Below, in pieces: positions 18,901 through 27,242 of a DNA stretch of 34,848 nucleotides; within the stretch, counting starts at the first letter, position 1, and each line of letters begins with the position of its first letter. The stretch comes from a virus (lineage: Duplodnaviria > Caudoviricetes). The stretch is taken from positions 1 to 34,848 of the IMG/VR virus record IMGVR_UViG_3300008266_000656, one strand, 5' to 3'. A program made the translations under genes and the position numbers. The notes beneath the pieces are model-generated. The model did not search any database. It saw only the letters and a list, made by a program, of their open reading frames with translations, and was not told where the DNA came from.

Positions 18901-19551
18901 ACCAGATATTCATCATCCTTTACTCCTTTTCCCAATCGCATAATCCAGCTTAATCCTAATGGCTCAGTTGATGCTAATAGAATTGGAGGAACTTGGTCAA
19001 AAGTAAGAGAATATTCTTCAAATGATGCAGCGGCTGCTGGTTCTACTCTAGCAATGTTTTATTTAACCTCTTCTGGTTATGTGCCCATTGGTACTTCTTT
19101 TACTGCTTCTTTAACTAGTTCTGTTGTTGCAAAAGCAGCAAGTGGATTAATATTTAACACTGACCGGGCAGCTATTGTATACACAGGTTCAGTAACATCT
19201 TCTGCAGCTGGTGGTACTTCTCAACCTATTCGTATAAATTTAGCTAACTTAACTAGTGGCAGTGGTAACTACCTATTTATAAGAGGTATTGCATTCGAAA
19301 ATGCCGATAATCAGGTTACTCTTACCCCAACTTCTCAATATAGTACTGATGTAACATCAAATGCTGGTACTCAAGGTGGAACTGCAGCTACAAACCAAAG
19401 TGTTAGGGTTGAATATAGAATATTAACTACATCTTCATATTTTTCAAATCCCACCTCGTCTGTAGCAGCTAGTAATGCATCTATTTTTTGGACATTCTAT
19501 GAGACAGTAATTGCTGCTAGAGGTAGAACATATTATATTTTACTAGATTAA
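15976..19551 (+). CDS. Beta-propeller adhesin-like virion protein (delta-60 repeats plus Kelch-like repeats)
   Basis: Delta-60-type repeats QSDGKILVGGDF...IARL..NG.LDTSF and Kelch-like repeats AGAGTQNAALAFGG...TEEYDGTTW. Confidence 0.75.
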   Translation: MAISYSGSFAAANNKVAGTSLLFTSTKNIPSGSLAIIFVGIDNPGTGNNTNFITSVTDNGAAYNFLQGNGFNNTVRTIATQSDGKILVGGDFSAYDGQFINYIARLHTNGILDTSFTPPQNINGPVFKIIIQPNETGSILTNGVFSVGPSPNISRVSDGGGATGDSQNAALLAGGSTGSGALSCTEEFNGSTWINGGSMINARGNPSLTGTQNAALAGGFDSIVNRFTEEYDGTTWAAGGLTIGDNIRGGIGGTVNAAVAQISYSPTNIQEYDGTSWTAANPMSTLRNSSIVGTQNAALAPGGIQDATTLAVTATEEYNGTTWAGGGSLPISTYNNLSVGIQNNALTIGGQNEFSVQRTNSSLYNGTVWTTDSTIIGSGIGGSNQGSGTSNLALFVNGDKFLAGSCTVLEYNATNVCLDTSEKIIAAGSFTGGAARMDLNGNIDVSFNCGSAFNNTVCTVIIQDVTEYTASINNIWTAGGAMITARHALAGAGTQNATVAFGGNIVNTTGRCTEEYDGTTWSSSNNLINGLFYPGGAGTQNAALAFGGSSGSFILSCTEEYDGTTWIAGGSMGNASACLAGAGTQNAALAFGGQSGSLLSCTEEYDGTTWTAGGSLNTARCTLAGAGTQNAALAFGGICTISPTIVTPFTEIYDGTTWTFADSLNNARWALAGAGTQNAALAFGGASGPILSCTEQYNGTVWEGSLPLINTKYLTAGGTGTQNCALSFGGLSGTSLSCTEEYGTFQNTYTTKIIFGGLFTSYSGSTSNGIARINGNGTLDTSFNTGAGFSTADVRNYQFYSSSTCLLAVGNFTSYSGSARNRIALLNATNGTLIPTSSFNIGAGFNSAVNDLAVQSDNKIVAVGAFTTYSGSNVNRIARINTTGLIDSGSTFNTGAGLNNTGSVVKYYTSGSTDVILIGGIFTTYSGSTQSGSVRILPSGSRDTDFNIGSGFGTTIGANDYLIRPDGKIIAIGGFTRYSSSFTPFPNRIIQLNPNGSVDANRIGGTWSKVREYSSNDAAAAGSTLAMFYLTSSGYVPIGTSFTASLTSSVVAKAASGLIFNTDRAAIVYTGSVTSSAAGGTSQPIRINLANLTSGSGNYLFIRGIAFENADNQVTLTPTSQYSTDVTSNAGTQGGTAATNQSVRVEYRILTTSSYFSNPTSSVAASNASIFWTFYETVIAARGRTYYILLD
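17440..18205 (+). repeat. Near-identical DNA repeats encoding Kelch-like blades (period ~132-144 bp)
   Basis: GGAGCTGGTACTCAAAATGCTGCTTTAGCTTTTGGAGG recurs at about 17581, 17716, 17848 and 17992, with variants near 17446 and 18130. TCATGTACCGAGGAATACGATGGTACTACTTGGA is identical at 17641 and 17773. Confidence 0.9.
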
Positions 19552-19573
19552 TATTTATTATAAATAAGAATAT

Positions 19574-19828
19574 ATGCCTTATTATTATCAAGCTACTAAT
19601 TGGGGTAAAGGATTTATCACCCATGCAGATAATGAATCCGCTCACATTGCAGGGTACCCTGCTGATATTTGGGTAACCGAAAATACAGCTTGGGCAGCAC
19701 GTGTTAGTGCTACTGAAAAAACACAAGCAGAAGCACAAGCATTAGTTGATGCTGTTGTTGCACAAGCACAAGCAAATTGGACTGCTGAATCAGGTCAATC
19801 TTATCCTCAACCAATTGTGCTTCCTTAA
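19574..19828 (+). CDS. Small hypothetical protein (84 aa), possible fibre accessory
   Basis: ORF with phage-like codon usage directly after the propeller gene, preceded by an ATATTTAT motif. Confidence 0.7.
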   Translation: MPYYYQATNWGKGFITHADNESAHIAGYPADIWVTENTAWAARVSATEKTQAEAQALVDAVVAQAQANWTAESGQSYPQPIVLP

Positions 19829-19860
19829 TTTGGAAATACAAATTTAGTTTCGTATATTTA
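19829..19860 (+). promoter_or_regulatory. Bacteroidota-type promoter candidate TTTG-N20-TATATTTA
   Basis: TTTG at 19829-19832 and TATATTTA at 19853-19860. This resembles the -33 TTTG / -7 TAnnTTTG consensus and lies 19 bp before the ATG at 19880. Confidence 0.6.
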
Positions 19861-19879
19861 GTTATAAAATAAGTCTGTT

Positions 19880-20557
19880 ATGGAAGAAAATAATCAATTA
19901 GCTATTACTGAAGATCTAAAACACATTTTAGCTGTTTTAAAACCGGGTGATGCACAAGAAATTCTCCGTTTAAAGGATGAATTAGCTGATAATTGGAACA
20001 AAAAACAAATCTTTAGAACAGAAACTGAAATGCGCGTTTCAGTTCTCAATGATGGTAAATTCCCAACACCAGCAGCCAAATACTGGCAATCAGTTAGAGA
20101 AATGTCAGCACACTTTGATGCTATGATGAATCTTTCATTTGATATGAGACGCAGTGAAGTTGAGCGCCTCAAATTAGAAAAAAAAATGAAAGAAGCTGAA
20201 GAAGCAGATGATCAACTTGAAATTATGTCTCTACAAATTGATTTAGATCAGAATCTATACAATAAAGCTTGTATGGAACAAGTAGCTCACGATCGTGTTC
20301 GTGAAATTAAAACTTGGTCTAAATTAAAAACTGAATTGGATGATGGATCATTTGATACACAAGAGGTAAATACACATCAAGCAGTCAGCCTACACCATCG
20401 TTTAGCATACAGAGCTAGCGCACTAAATGAACATTCAGACCCAACTGAAGTAGCTAATGTAATGGGCCAATTACAGACAATGGAACGTTTGAAACAACAA
20501 AATGCTTTAACTCATGAACAAGTTATGGCACAAAAACAGTTACAAAATAAGCAGTAA
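19880..20557 (+). CDS. Coiled-coil hypothetical protein (225 aa)
   Basis: Helical heptad-rich ORF (QIFRTETEMRVSVLND.KFPTPAAKYWQ) coupled to the oxygenase gene. Confidence 0.75.
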   Translation: MEENNQLAITEDLKHILAVLKPGDAQEILRLKDELADNWNKKQIFRTETEMRVSVLNDGKFPTPAAKYWQSVREMSAHFDAMMNLSFDMRRSEVERLKLEKKMKEAEEADDQLEIMSLQIDLDQNLYNKACMEQVAHDRVREIKTWSKLKTELDDGSFDTQEVNTHQAVSLHHRLAYRASALNEHSDPTEVANVMGQLQTMERLKQQNALTHEQVMAQKQLQNKQ

Positions 20558-21141
20558 TGCAATTTATATATTCAAATCCTAAGGCTTTAGATCCTGGGTT
20601 TTGTGAAGAGGTTATAGATTTATTTGAGAAATCTCCACTAAAACATCCTGGTGCTTTTAGATATAATGAAGAAGTTGTGCAAAAGTACGACATAAAAAAA
20701 TCAATGGATATTTCCTTTGATCCCTCTTTTCTACAACATCCTGATTGGGGGAAACCTCTAAGATATTTAGTTGATGTTGTTGAAGAAAATGTATCAAAAT
20801 ATATTTTTAAATATGAGCAAGCATTCCAAAAAATGGATAACTTTAGGCTAGATACTTTATTTAACATGCAGCGATACGAACCTGGAGAAGCCTTCTATGG
20901 TTGGCACTGTGAAAGAGCAGGCCTACTGGCTTCAGGTAGAGTGTTAGTTTGGATGGCTTATCTCAATACTGTTACTGATAATGGAGGAACCCAATTCTAC
21001 TATCAAAACCATATTGAACAACCAGAACAAGGTAAATTATTAATTTGGCCTACTGATTGGACTCATACTCATAGAGGTATCCCCTCATTAACACAAACAA
21101 AATATATTTTTACTGGATGGTATACACATTATAAAAAATAG
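20557..21141 (+). CDS. 2OG-Fe(II) oxygenase (prolyl-4-hydroxylase-like)
   Basis: MQRYEPG..FYGWHCE, RVLVWMAYLN, GGTQF, WPTDWTHTHRG and KYIFTGW give an HxE...H facial triad. Confidence 0.9.
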   Translation: MQFIYSNPKALDPGFCEEVIDLFEKSPLKHPGAFRYNEEVVQKYDIKKSMDISFDPSFLQHPDWGKPLRYLVDVVEENVSKYIFKYEQAFQKMDNFRLDTLFNMQRYEPGEAFYGWHCERAGLLASGRVLVWMAYLNTVTDNGGTQFYYQNHIEQPEQGKLLIWPTDWTHTHRGIPSLTQTKYIFTGWYTHYKK

Positions 21142-21143
21142 TT

Positions 21144-21731
21144 ATGGAATTTAAGGTTTTTGAACAATTATGGTTTGCAATTCCTGTTTGGGAATGCCCT
21201 GTTTCTGGGATTGATAATGATGAAATTAAACAATACTGCTTAAAAATAAGAGAAAAAAAACCTGGTGTTGTTATTTCTAATAGAGGAGGATGGCACAGCA
21301 ACGAATTACTCTTCCCAGTGCCTGAATCACTTCAAACACTAATTGATGATATGACTGTGTTTGTAAACGATGTTTGTTATCGCTATACAGGCACACAATT
21401 AAAATTTGGCAATTTATGGATTAATATTAATGGTTATCATGACTATAATTTACTCCATGATCATCAAAAAAGTGTATTATCTGGGGTGTATTATGTAGAT
21501 GTACCTGATAAAAATATGGGTGATTTAGTATTGCATAGAGGAGATAATGCTGAATTCTTCTTAAAAGATGTTAATGAACCAACAATGGCAAATGCTCTTA
21601 GTTGCATTAAACAAGCCAAAACATCAACCTTTTATCTATTTCCTAGTTGGATTAAACATCATGTTGAACGTAATGAAAGCCATAAAGAAAGAATATCTGT
21701 TGCTTTTAATTTTGTTCCTTTAAATGCCTAA
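21144..21731 (+). CDS. Putative 2OG-Fe(II) oxygenase (TIGR02466-like)
   Basis: SNRGGWHS, WININ..HDYN..HDH, LSGVYYV, FPSWIKHHV and RISVAFN motifs. Confidence 0.88.
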   Translation: MEFKVFEQLWFAIPVWECPVSGIDNDEIKQYCLKIREKKPGVVISNRGGWHSNELLFPVPESLQTLIDDMTVFVNDVCYRYTGTQLKFGNLWININGYHDYNLLHDHQKSVLSGVYYVDVPDKNMGDLVLHRGDNAEFFLKDVNEPTMANALSCIKQAKTSTFYLFPSWIKHHVERNESHKERISVAFNFVPLNA

Positions 21732-21742
21732 TAAACATAATA

Positions 21743-22705
21743 ATGGAAGGATACACTTACCAAGCAAAGAAAAAAAATAGCAATATTACTGCCTCCACCC
21801 CAGAAATATTAACAACAGAAAAATACCTAGTATGGCATATTGATGGAGGATTAGGTAAAAACATTGCCTCAACTGCCCTATGCCAAACAATAAAAGAAAT
21901 CCACCCAGATAGAAAACTGATTATGGTTGTTTCTCATCCAGAATGCTTTTTAAATAACCCATTTATTGATAGAGTTTATTTCTCAGGAAGTAAATCCTAT
22001 TTTTATGATGATTATATAAAAGATAAAGATACTCTATTCTTTAAACAAGAACCATACAACCAAACTGACCATATTCTGCGCAAAAAACACCTAATAAATA
22101 ATTGGTGTGATATTTTAAATATACCTTATACAGGCCAACAACCACAGATATTTGTTAATATGGCTCAGAAGATGACTACTGGGTTGTGGTTGAGAAATAA
22201 ACCAACAATGGTTTTACAAACCAATGGTGGTCCACTTACAGGTCAAAAATATGGTTATTCTTGGGCTAGAGACATTCCCTATGAATATTCTCAACAAATA
22301 GTAGATCAATATAAAAATGATTATCACATATTTCAAGTAACTAGACCTGATTCACAAAAACTAGATGGTGTTGAAGTAATAGATAAGGCAATGACTAATA
22401 TGGAATTATTTGCTCTGATGGTCAATGCTAAAAAACGTGTATTGATTGATTCTTGTCTACAACATGCTGCGGCTGCATTTAAACTTCCATCAACTGTATT
22501 ATGGATTGGTACATCACCTATTGTATTCGGATATAATATTCATAACAACATTGTAGTAAATCCTCCAAAACAAGGTGGTCTTAAATTAATTGATTCATAT
22601 ATGTTTGATTATAATTTAGATGGAATATTACACGAATGTCCATATATAGATGCAAGCGAGATGTTTAATATAAACGATATTTATGACAGTATAAACAAAC
22701 AATAA
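21743..22705 (+). CDS. GT-B fold glycosyltransferase, GT9/heptosyltransferase-like
   Basis: N-terminal GGLGKNI, FLNNPFID, and C-terminal IDSCLQHAAAAFKLPSTVLW resembling the GT9 DSG..H.A.A...P motif. Confidence 0.75.
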   Translation: MEGYTYQAKKKNSNITASTPEILTTEKYLVWHIDGGLGKNIASTALCQTIKEIHPDRKLIMVVSHPECFLNNPFIDRVYFSGSKSYFYDDYIKDKDTLFFKQEPYNQTDHILRKKHLINNWCDILNIPYTGQQPQIFVNMAQKMTTGLWLRNKPTMVLQTNGGPLTGQKYGYSWARDIPYEYSQQIVDQYKNDYHIFQVTRPDSQKLDGVEVIDKAMTNMELFALMVNAKKRVLIDSCLQHAAAAFKLPSTVLWIGTSPIVFGYNIHNNIVVNPPKQGGLKLIDSYMFDYNLDGILHECPYIDASEMFNINDIYDSINKQ

Positions 22706-22890
22706 TGTATATAGTATTAATGCAATTTATCCCTGAAAATGATCAAATCTGGGTAGCCAAACTAAACCCAAACGACCCAGAATATATCTATCCTACTGAA
22801 CAAGAAGCAATAGATAAAGCAGCTGAATTACAAGCAGCTGACCCAACAGGTAGGCAGTATAGAGCAAACCCTGTTAATAGTGGGGCTTAA
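22705..22890 (+). CDS. Small hypothetical protein (61 aa)
   Basis: Translationally coupled (TAATG) ORF. Confidence 0.65.
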   Translation: MYIVLMQFIPENDQIWVAKLNPNDPEYIYPTEQEAIDKAAELQAADPTGRQYRANPVNSGA

Positions 22891-22907
22891 AATATTTAAA
22901 GTAAGTT

Positions 22908-23900
22908 ATGATACAAAGTTATAGTTTTTGGAGTGAATGGGATATTAATGAACAAAAAATATGTTATGGTACTTATCAAGACATTAATGAGCCTTTAATA
23001 GTATGCTTGAAAGAATACATGTCTGATGTAGTATTGTGGTCACGTGATTATGATGTTTTTCCTAAAGATGTTGCTTTTTGGATGATCCCTATATCTAAAA
23101 ATGTATACAACTATGAAACTGATCCTTATTTTTCCGGAGTAAAAATCTGTATTTATAAAAAATTAGATGAAAAGAAAATATATGAGTATCCTTACTTTAC
23201 TAAGTTTGTAGATTTACCTCGAGTTTCATTAAGCAATACTATTCCTTATCATTATAATTATAGTGAGTTTTTTATTGAAAATAAGTATAAAAGGTTTTTT
23301 AAAGATAAAAAATTTAAAAATGTTATAGATGTAGGAGCAAATATAGGAATATTTACTGAGTATTTGCTATATCATGATATTACTAATCAAATAACTTCAA
23401 TAGAGTGTGATAGCAAAGCACTAAATGACCTAAATAAAAACTTCAAAAAAGACCCTAGAGTCAATATTATTGCTAAAGCACTTCACTATGAAGAAACATC
23501 ACTTTCCTTCTACCAATCAGAAAACAACCCAGTAATTAGTAGTACTATTCATCCTGATAGACTTAAAAACCATAATGTTGGCATTAAAGGAGATAAAGAA
23601 GTAAAAGTAGAAACTATTACCATAGAAGATTTATTATCAATTTACGGTTTTATAGATTTATTAAAGATAGATATTGAAGGGGGAGAATATGATGTTATAG
23701 AAAATACTGATTCTAAATGGTTTTCTTATATTAATAATGTTTTTATAGAATGTCATTTTTTTGAAGAAAACTATAAAGAAAAATACAATAATATTTTAAC
23801 TAAATTAAAATCTGTTGGTTACAACATAGAGGAATATGAAGAAAATCAAAGTACTACTTACTTAGGAGGTAGTGAAATTATATTTGGATCTAAAAAATAA
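22908..23900 (+). CDS. FkbM-family SAM-dependent methyltransferase with N-terminal accessory domain
   Basis: VIDVGANIGIF, IDLLKIDIEGGEY and FIECH motifs. Confidence 0.9.
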   Translation: MIQSYSFWSEWDINEQKICYGTYQDINEPLIVCLKEYMSDVVLWSRDYDVFPKDVAFWMIPISKNVYNYETDPYFSGVKICIYKKLDEKKIYEYPYFTKFVDLPRVSLSNTIPYHYNYSEFFIENKYKRFFKDKKFKNVIDVGANIGIFTEYLLYHDITNQITSIECDSKALNDLNKNFKKDPRVNIIAKALHYEETSLSFYQSENNPVISSTIHPDRLKNHNVGIKGDKEVKVETITIEDLLSIYGFIDLLKIDIEGGEYDVIENTDSKWFSYINNVFIECHFFEENYKEKYNNILTKLKSVGYNIEEYEENQSTTYLGGSEIIFGSKK

Positions 23901-23914
23901 AAAACATATATTTA
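23883..23914 (+). promoter_or_regulatory. Bacteroidota-type promoter candidate TTTG-N20-TATATTTA
   Basis: TTTG at 23883-23886 and TATATTTA at 23907-23914. It ends only 7 bp before the ATG at 23922, which implies a near-leaderless transcript. Confidence 0.5.
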
Positions 23915-23921
23915 ATATATT

Positions 23922-26900
23922 ATGAAAGTACTATTTCTAGCCCCTCATCTATCCACAGGAGGAATGCCTCAATACCTTTACAAACAAATGGAAGTTTTAA
24001 GTGAAAGTTGTGAAGTATGGTGTATTGAATGGGATAATATTACCGGAGGTGTTTTAGTTGTTCAACGTAACCGAGTAGCTAACCTATTAGGAGATAAATT
24101 AATTACCCTAGGAGAACCCAAAGAAAAACTATTTGAATACATTGAAAAAATAAATCCAGATGTTATTCATCTTCAGGAAATTCCTGAAATGTTTATGTCA
24201 TACGATTTAGCTGTAAAATTATATAATCCAAATAGAAAATATAAGATAGTTGAAACTTCTCATGATTCTAGTTTTGATATTTCAAATAAAAAACATTTTC
24301 CTGACCATTTTGCAATGGTTAGTCAATATCAAATTGAAGCCTATAAATCATTAGATATACCTTGTGAATTAGTAGAATACCCAATTGAGTATAAAACAAG
24401 AACAAAATCTAGAGAAGAATTATTAGCTGAATTAGGATTAGATCCTAATAAAAAACATGTTATTAATGTTGGTTTATTTACCTCTAGAAAAAACCAAGCT
24501 GAAGTTGTTGAATATGCTAGGCAAATGCAAGATTATCCTATTCAATTCCACTTTATTGGTAATCAAGCAGATAATTTTAAATATTATTGGGAACCCATAA
24601 TGAAGGATTTTCCTTCTAATTGTAAATGGTGGGGAGAAAGAAGCGATGTAGATACATTCTATCAAATGGCTGATTTGTTCTTATTTACCTCTAGGGGGCA
24701 TATCAATGACAAAGAAACAATGCCATTAGTGATTAGAGAAGCTATTAGCTGGAAAGTTCCTTCCTTAATATACAATTTAGACGTATATTTAAATTACTTT
24801 AACAAATATGATAATATTGAATATCTAGATTTTAATAATAAATTAAAAAATATAGAAAAAATCTTAACAAAACTAAATATAACAGGTAATCAAGTCAACA
24901 ATTATTTTGATATACAATATGAAGGAGCAAGCAATAAATTTGCTATAACCTACAAAAAGAATGAGCCAGCAAAATATAAAATTTCTATAAAAGATAAAGA
25001 TTCTAATGCTCCTATATATTGGTTTTCAACTGAATTTAATAATGAAGGAGATCATTGGTGGATAATACCAACACCTCTTCATATTTACAACTTTGCACAG
25101 AATCCTGATTTTGGTTCTTTCTTAGTAGAATTCTATGATGAAAACAATAATTTTTTGTTTGATAAAACAATATTTTTAAAAGAAATTAAAAAACAAAAAT
25201 TAAAATTAAATCTAAAAAGTCCATTTGATTGTTTGTTTACTAACTATAATGAAATGTTTATAGATAATAAATATGATTGTTATGAGTTAGATAAAATGGA
25301 AACCGTTTTTGATATTGGGGCTAATTGTGGATTATTTTCACTTTTAGCAATTGAAAAAGGAGCAAAAAAAGTATATGCATTTGAACCAAATCAAGAATCT
25401 TTAGTTAATTTAAATCAAATAGCAAAAGGATTAAATATAGAAGTAATAGATAAAGCAGTTTATACTACAGATGAAGACCTAACATTCTATATTGATCCAA
25501 ACAACACCACAATTGGAAGTATTTCAGAAGATCATATAATAAATGGTGGAAGTAAGGTAGAAAAAATAACAGTACCCGCAATATCTCTTAAAACTTTTAT
25601 AGAACAAAACAATATAGAAAAAATATCATTGTTAAAAATGGATATTGAAGGTGCCGAGTATGATATTATAGAAAATCTTGAAGATGAAGTTTTTGAAAAA
25701 ATAGATAACTTTCTTATAGAATACCATGATAATGAAGGTGAAAAAGTAGAAAAACTAATTCAAACATTAGTTAAAAAGGGATTTGATATTGATCAAATTA
25801 GAAATCAAAACTCCAAAAATAATGATGATATATTAGAATCATACAAATCTTCCCCTCTTGGAACCATATTTGCTAAGAAATCCCCAGAAGAAAAATTATT
25901 AACTGTAATTATACCTACATATAATCATGAAAAATATATTGAACAGTGTGTTGATAGTGCTTTGATGCAAAAAACATTGTTTAATTTTAATATTTTAATA
26001 TCTGATGATCGCTCAACAGATAATACATGGAATATTGTGCAAAAATATAAAGATATTCCAAATGTAATTGTTAAACAAAATGAAGTAAATTTAGGTCCAA
26101 CCCCTAAAAGACTTCATGCTGTTTTAAAAGAATCCAAATCGGAATATATTACTTTATTAGATGGAGATGATTATTATGTTGATGAAAATAAATTACAAAA
26201 ACAGGTAAATTTTCTAAAAAACAATAAAGAATACTCTATTTACAGTGTTGGATACTACCAGAAAGAACTTGATGATTCTAACTTTATGAATATCAATTAC
26301 TATGGTGTAAAAGAAGAAGTTATTTTAAGAGATAACATGGAGGCTAATTATGTTTCTTTTGGCTTTATGTTTAGAAATAGTCTTATTAGAGATATGGAAT
26401 TTCCTGATTGGTATTTCCATGAAGATCTTTTTGATGGATACTGGGCTTTAAATAATATACTTTTAGAAAAAGGAAAAGGAAGAAATGATAAGTGGGTAGG
26501 TGGAGTTTATAGAATAACACCAAATGGAGCTTTTGGAGAAAAAAGTAAAGAATGGAAAGATGAAGTATCTGAAAAACAAAGTCGAATAATTAAATCTGCT
26601 TTTCCTAATGTAAATAAAGACTTTTTAGTAAATGAATCTAATTTGAATTTACAAGATGTATATGATAAACATTTTTCAGTACAATATAAAGAAGTTCCCT
26701 ATCTAAAAAGCCCTATGGATTATGTACTTCACCAAATGATAATTATGTCTCTAAAACCAGATTTAATTATAGAAATTGGGACCTATAGAGGTGGTGGTGC
26801 TTTATATTATGCTGATTTATTGTATTTGTTAGGAAAAGGAGAAGTACATACTATAAATGTAGGAAATGAAATAGTAGATCAAAAGGTATTTAATCATGGT

Positions 26901-27242
26901 CAAATAAGATTTTTCTATGATGGTTTTGAAAACTATGATTTAAATCTTACTAAGGGATTTGAAAAAATACTAGTTATAGATGATGCATCCCATAGCTATG
27001 TAGACACACTGAGATCTCTGAATAAGTTTAGTAAAGTTGTATCTAAAGATTCTTACTTTATTGTTGAAAAAGGAGTAGTTGATTTTGTTAAAACCTCAGT
27101 CAATTACAACGGTGGACCACGTAGAGCTATTGATGAGTTTTTACAAACTAATTCTAATTTTGTTATAGATAGAAACTGGTGTGACTACTTTGGTACTAAT
27201 GCTACTTTCAATTCAGATGGATATTTAAAAAGAATTAATTAA
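23922..27242 (+). CDS. Four-enzyme fusion: GT4-like glycosyltransferase + FkbM methyltransferase + GT2 glycosyltransferase + CmcI-like O-methyltransferase
   Basis: GT-B (HLSTGGMPQY, VGLFTSRKNQ, ADLFLFTS..ETMPLVIREA), FkbM (FDIGANCG, LLKMDIEGAEY), GT2 (VIIPTYNHEKYI, DDRSTD, LDGDD) and CmcI-like (KSPMD, KPDLIIEIGTYRGG, DDASH). Confidence 0.88.
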   Translation: MKVLFLAPHLSTGGMPQYLYKQMEVLSESCEVWCIEWDNITGGVLVVQRNRVANLLGDKLITLGEPKEKLFEYIEKINPDVIHLQEIPEMFMSYDLAVKLYNPNRKYKIVETSHDSSFDISNKKHFPDHFAMVSQYQIEAYKSLDIPCELVEYPIEYKTRTKSREELLAELGLDPNKKHVINVGLFTSRKNQAEVVEYARQMQDYPIQFHFIGNQADNFKYYWEPIMKDFPSNCKWWGERSDVDTFYQMADLFLFTSRGHINDKETMPLVIREAISWKVPSLIYNLDVYLNYFNKYDNIEYLDFNNKLKNIEKILTKLNITGNQVNNYFDIQYEGASNKFAITYKKNEPAKYKISIKDKDSNAPIYWFSTEFNNEGDHWWIIPTPLHIYNFAQNPDFGSFLVEFYDENNNFLFDKTIFLKEIKKQKLKLNLKSPFDCLFTNYNEMFIDNKYDCYELDKMETVFDIGANCGLFSLLAIEKGAKKVYAFEPNQESLVNLNQIAKGLNIEVIDKAVYTTDEDLTFYIDPNNTTIGSISEDHIINGGSKVEKITVPAISLKTFIEQNNIEKISLLKMDIEGAEYDIIENLEDEVFEKIDNFLIEYHDNEGEKVEKLIQTLVKKGFDIDQIRNQNSKNNDDILESYKSSPLGTIFAKKSPEEKLLTVIIPTYNHEKYIEQCVDSALMQKTLFNFNILISDDRSTDNTWNIVQKYKDIPNVIVKQNEVNLGPTPKRLHAVLKESKSEYITLLDGDDYYVDENKLQKQVNFLKNNKEYSIYSVGYYQKELDDSNFMNINYYGVKEEVILRDNMEANYVSFGFMFRNSLIRDMEFPDWYFHEDLFDGYWALNNILLEKGKGRNDKWVGGVYRITPNGAFGEKSKEWKDEVSEKQSRIIKSAFPNVNKDFLVNESNLNLQDVYDKHFSVQYKEVPYLKSPMDYVLHQMIIMSLKPDLIIEIGTYRGGGALYYADLLYLLGKGEVHTINVGNEIVDQKVFNHGQIRFFYDGFENYDLNLTKGFEKILVIDDASHSYVDTLRSLNKFSKVVSKDSYFIVEKGVVDFVKTSVNYNGGPRRAIDEFLQTNSNFVIDRNWCDYFGTNATFNSDGYLKRIN

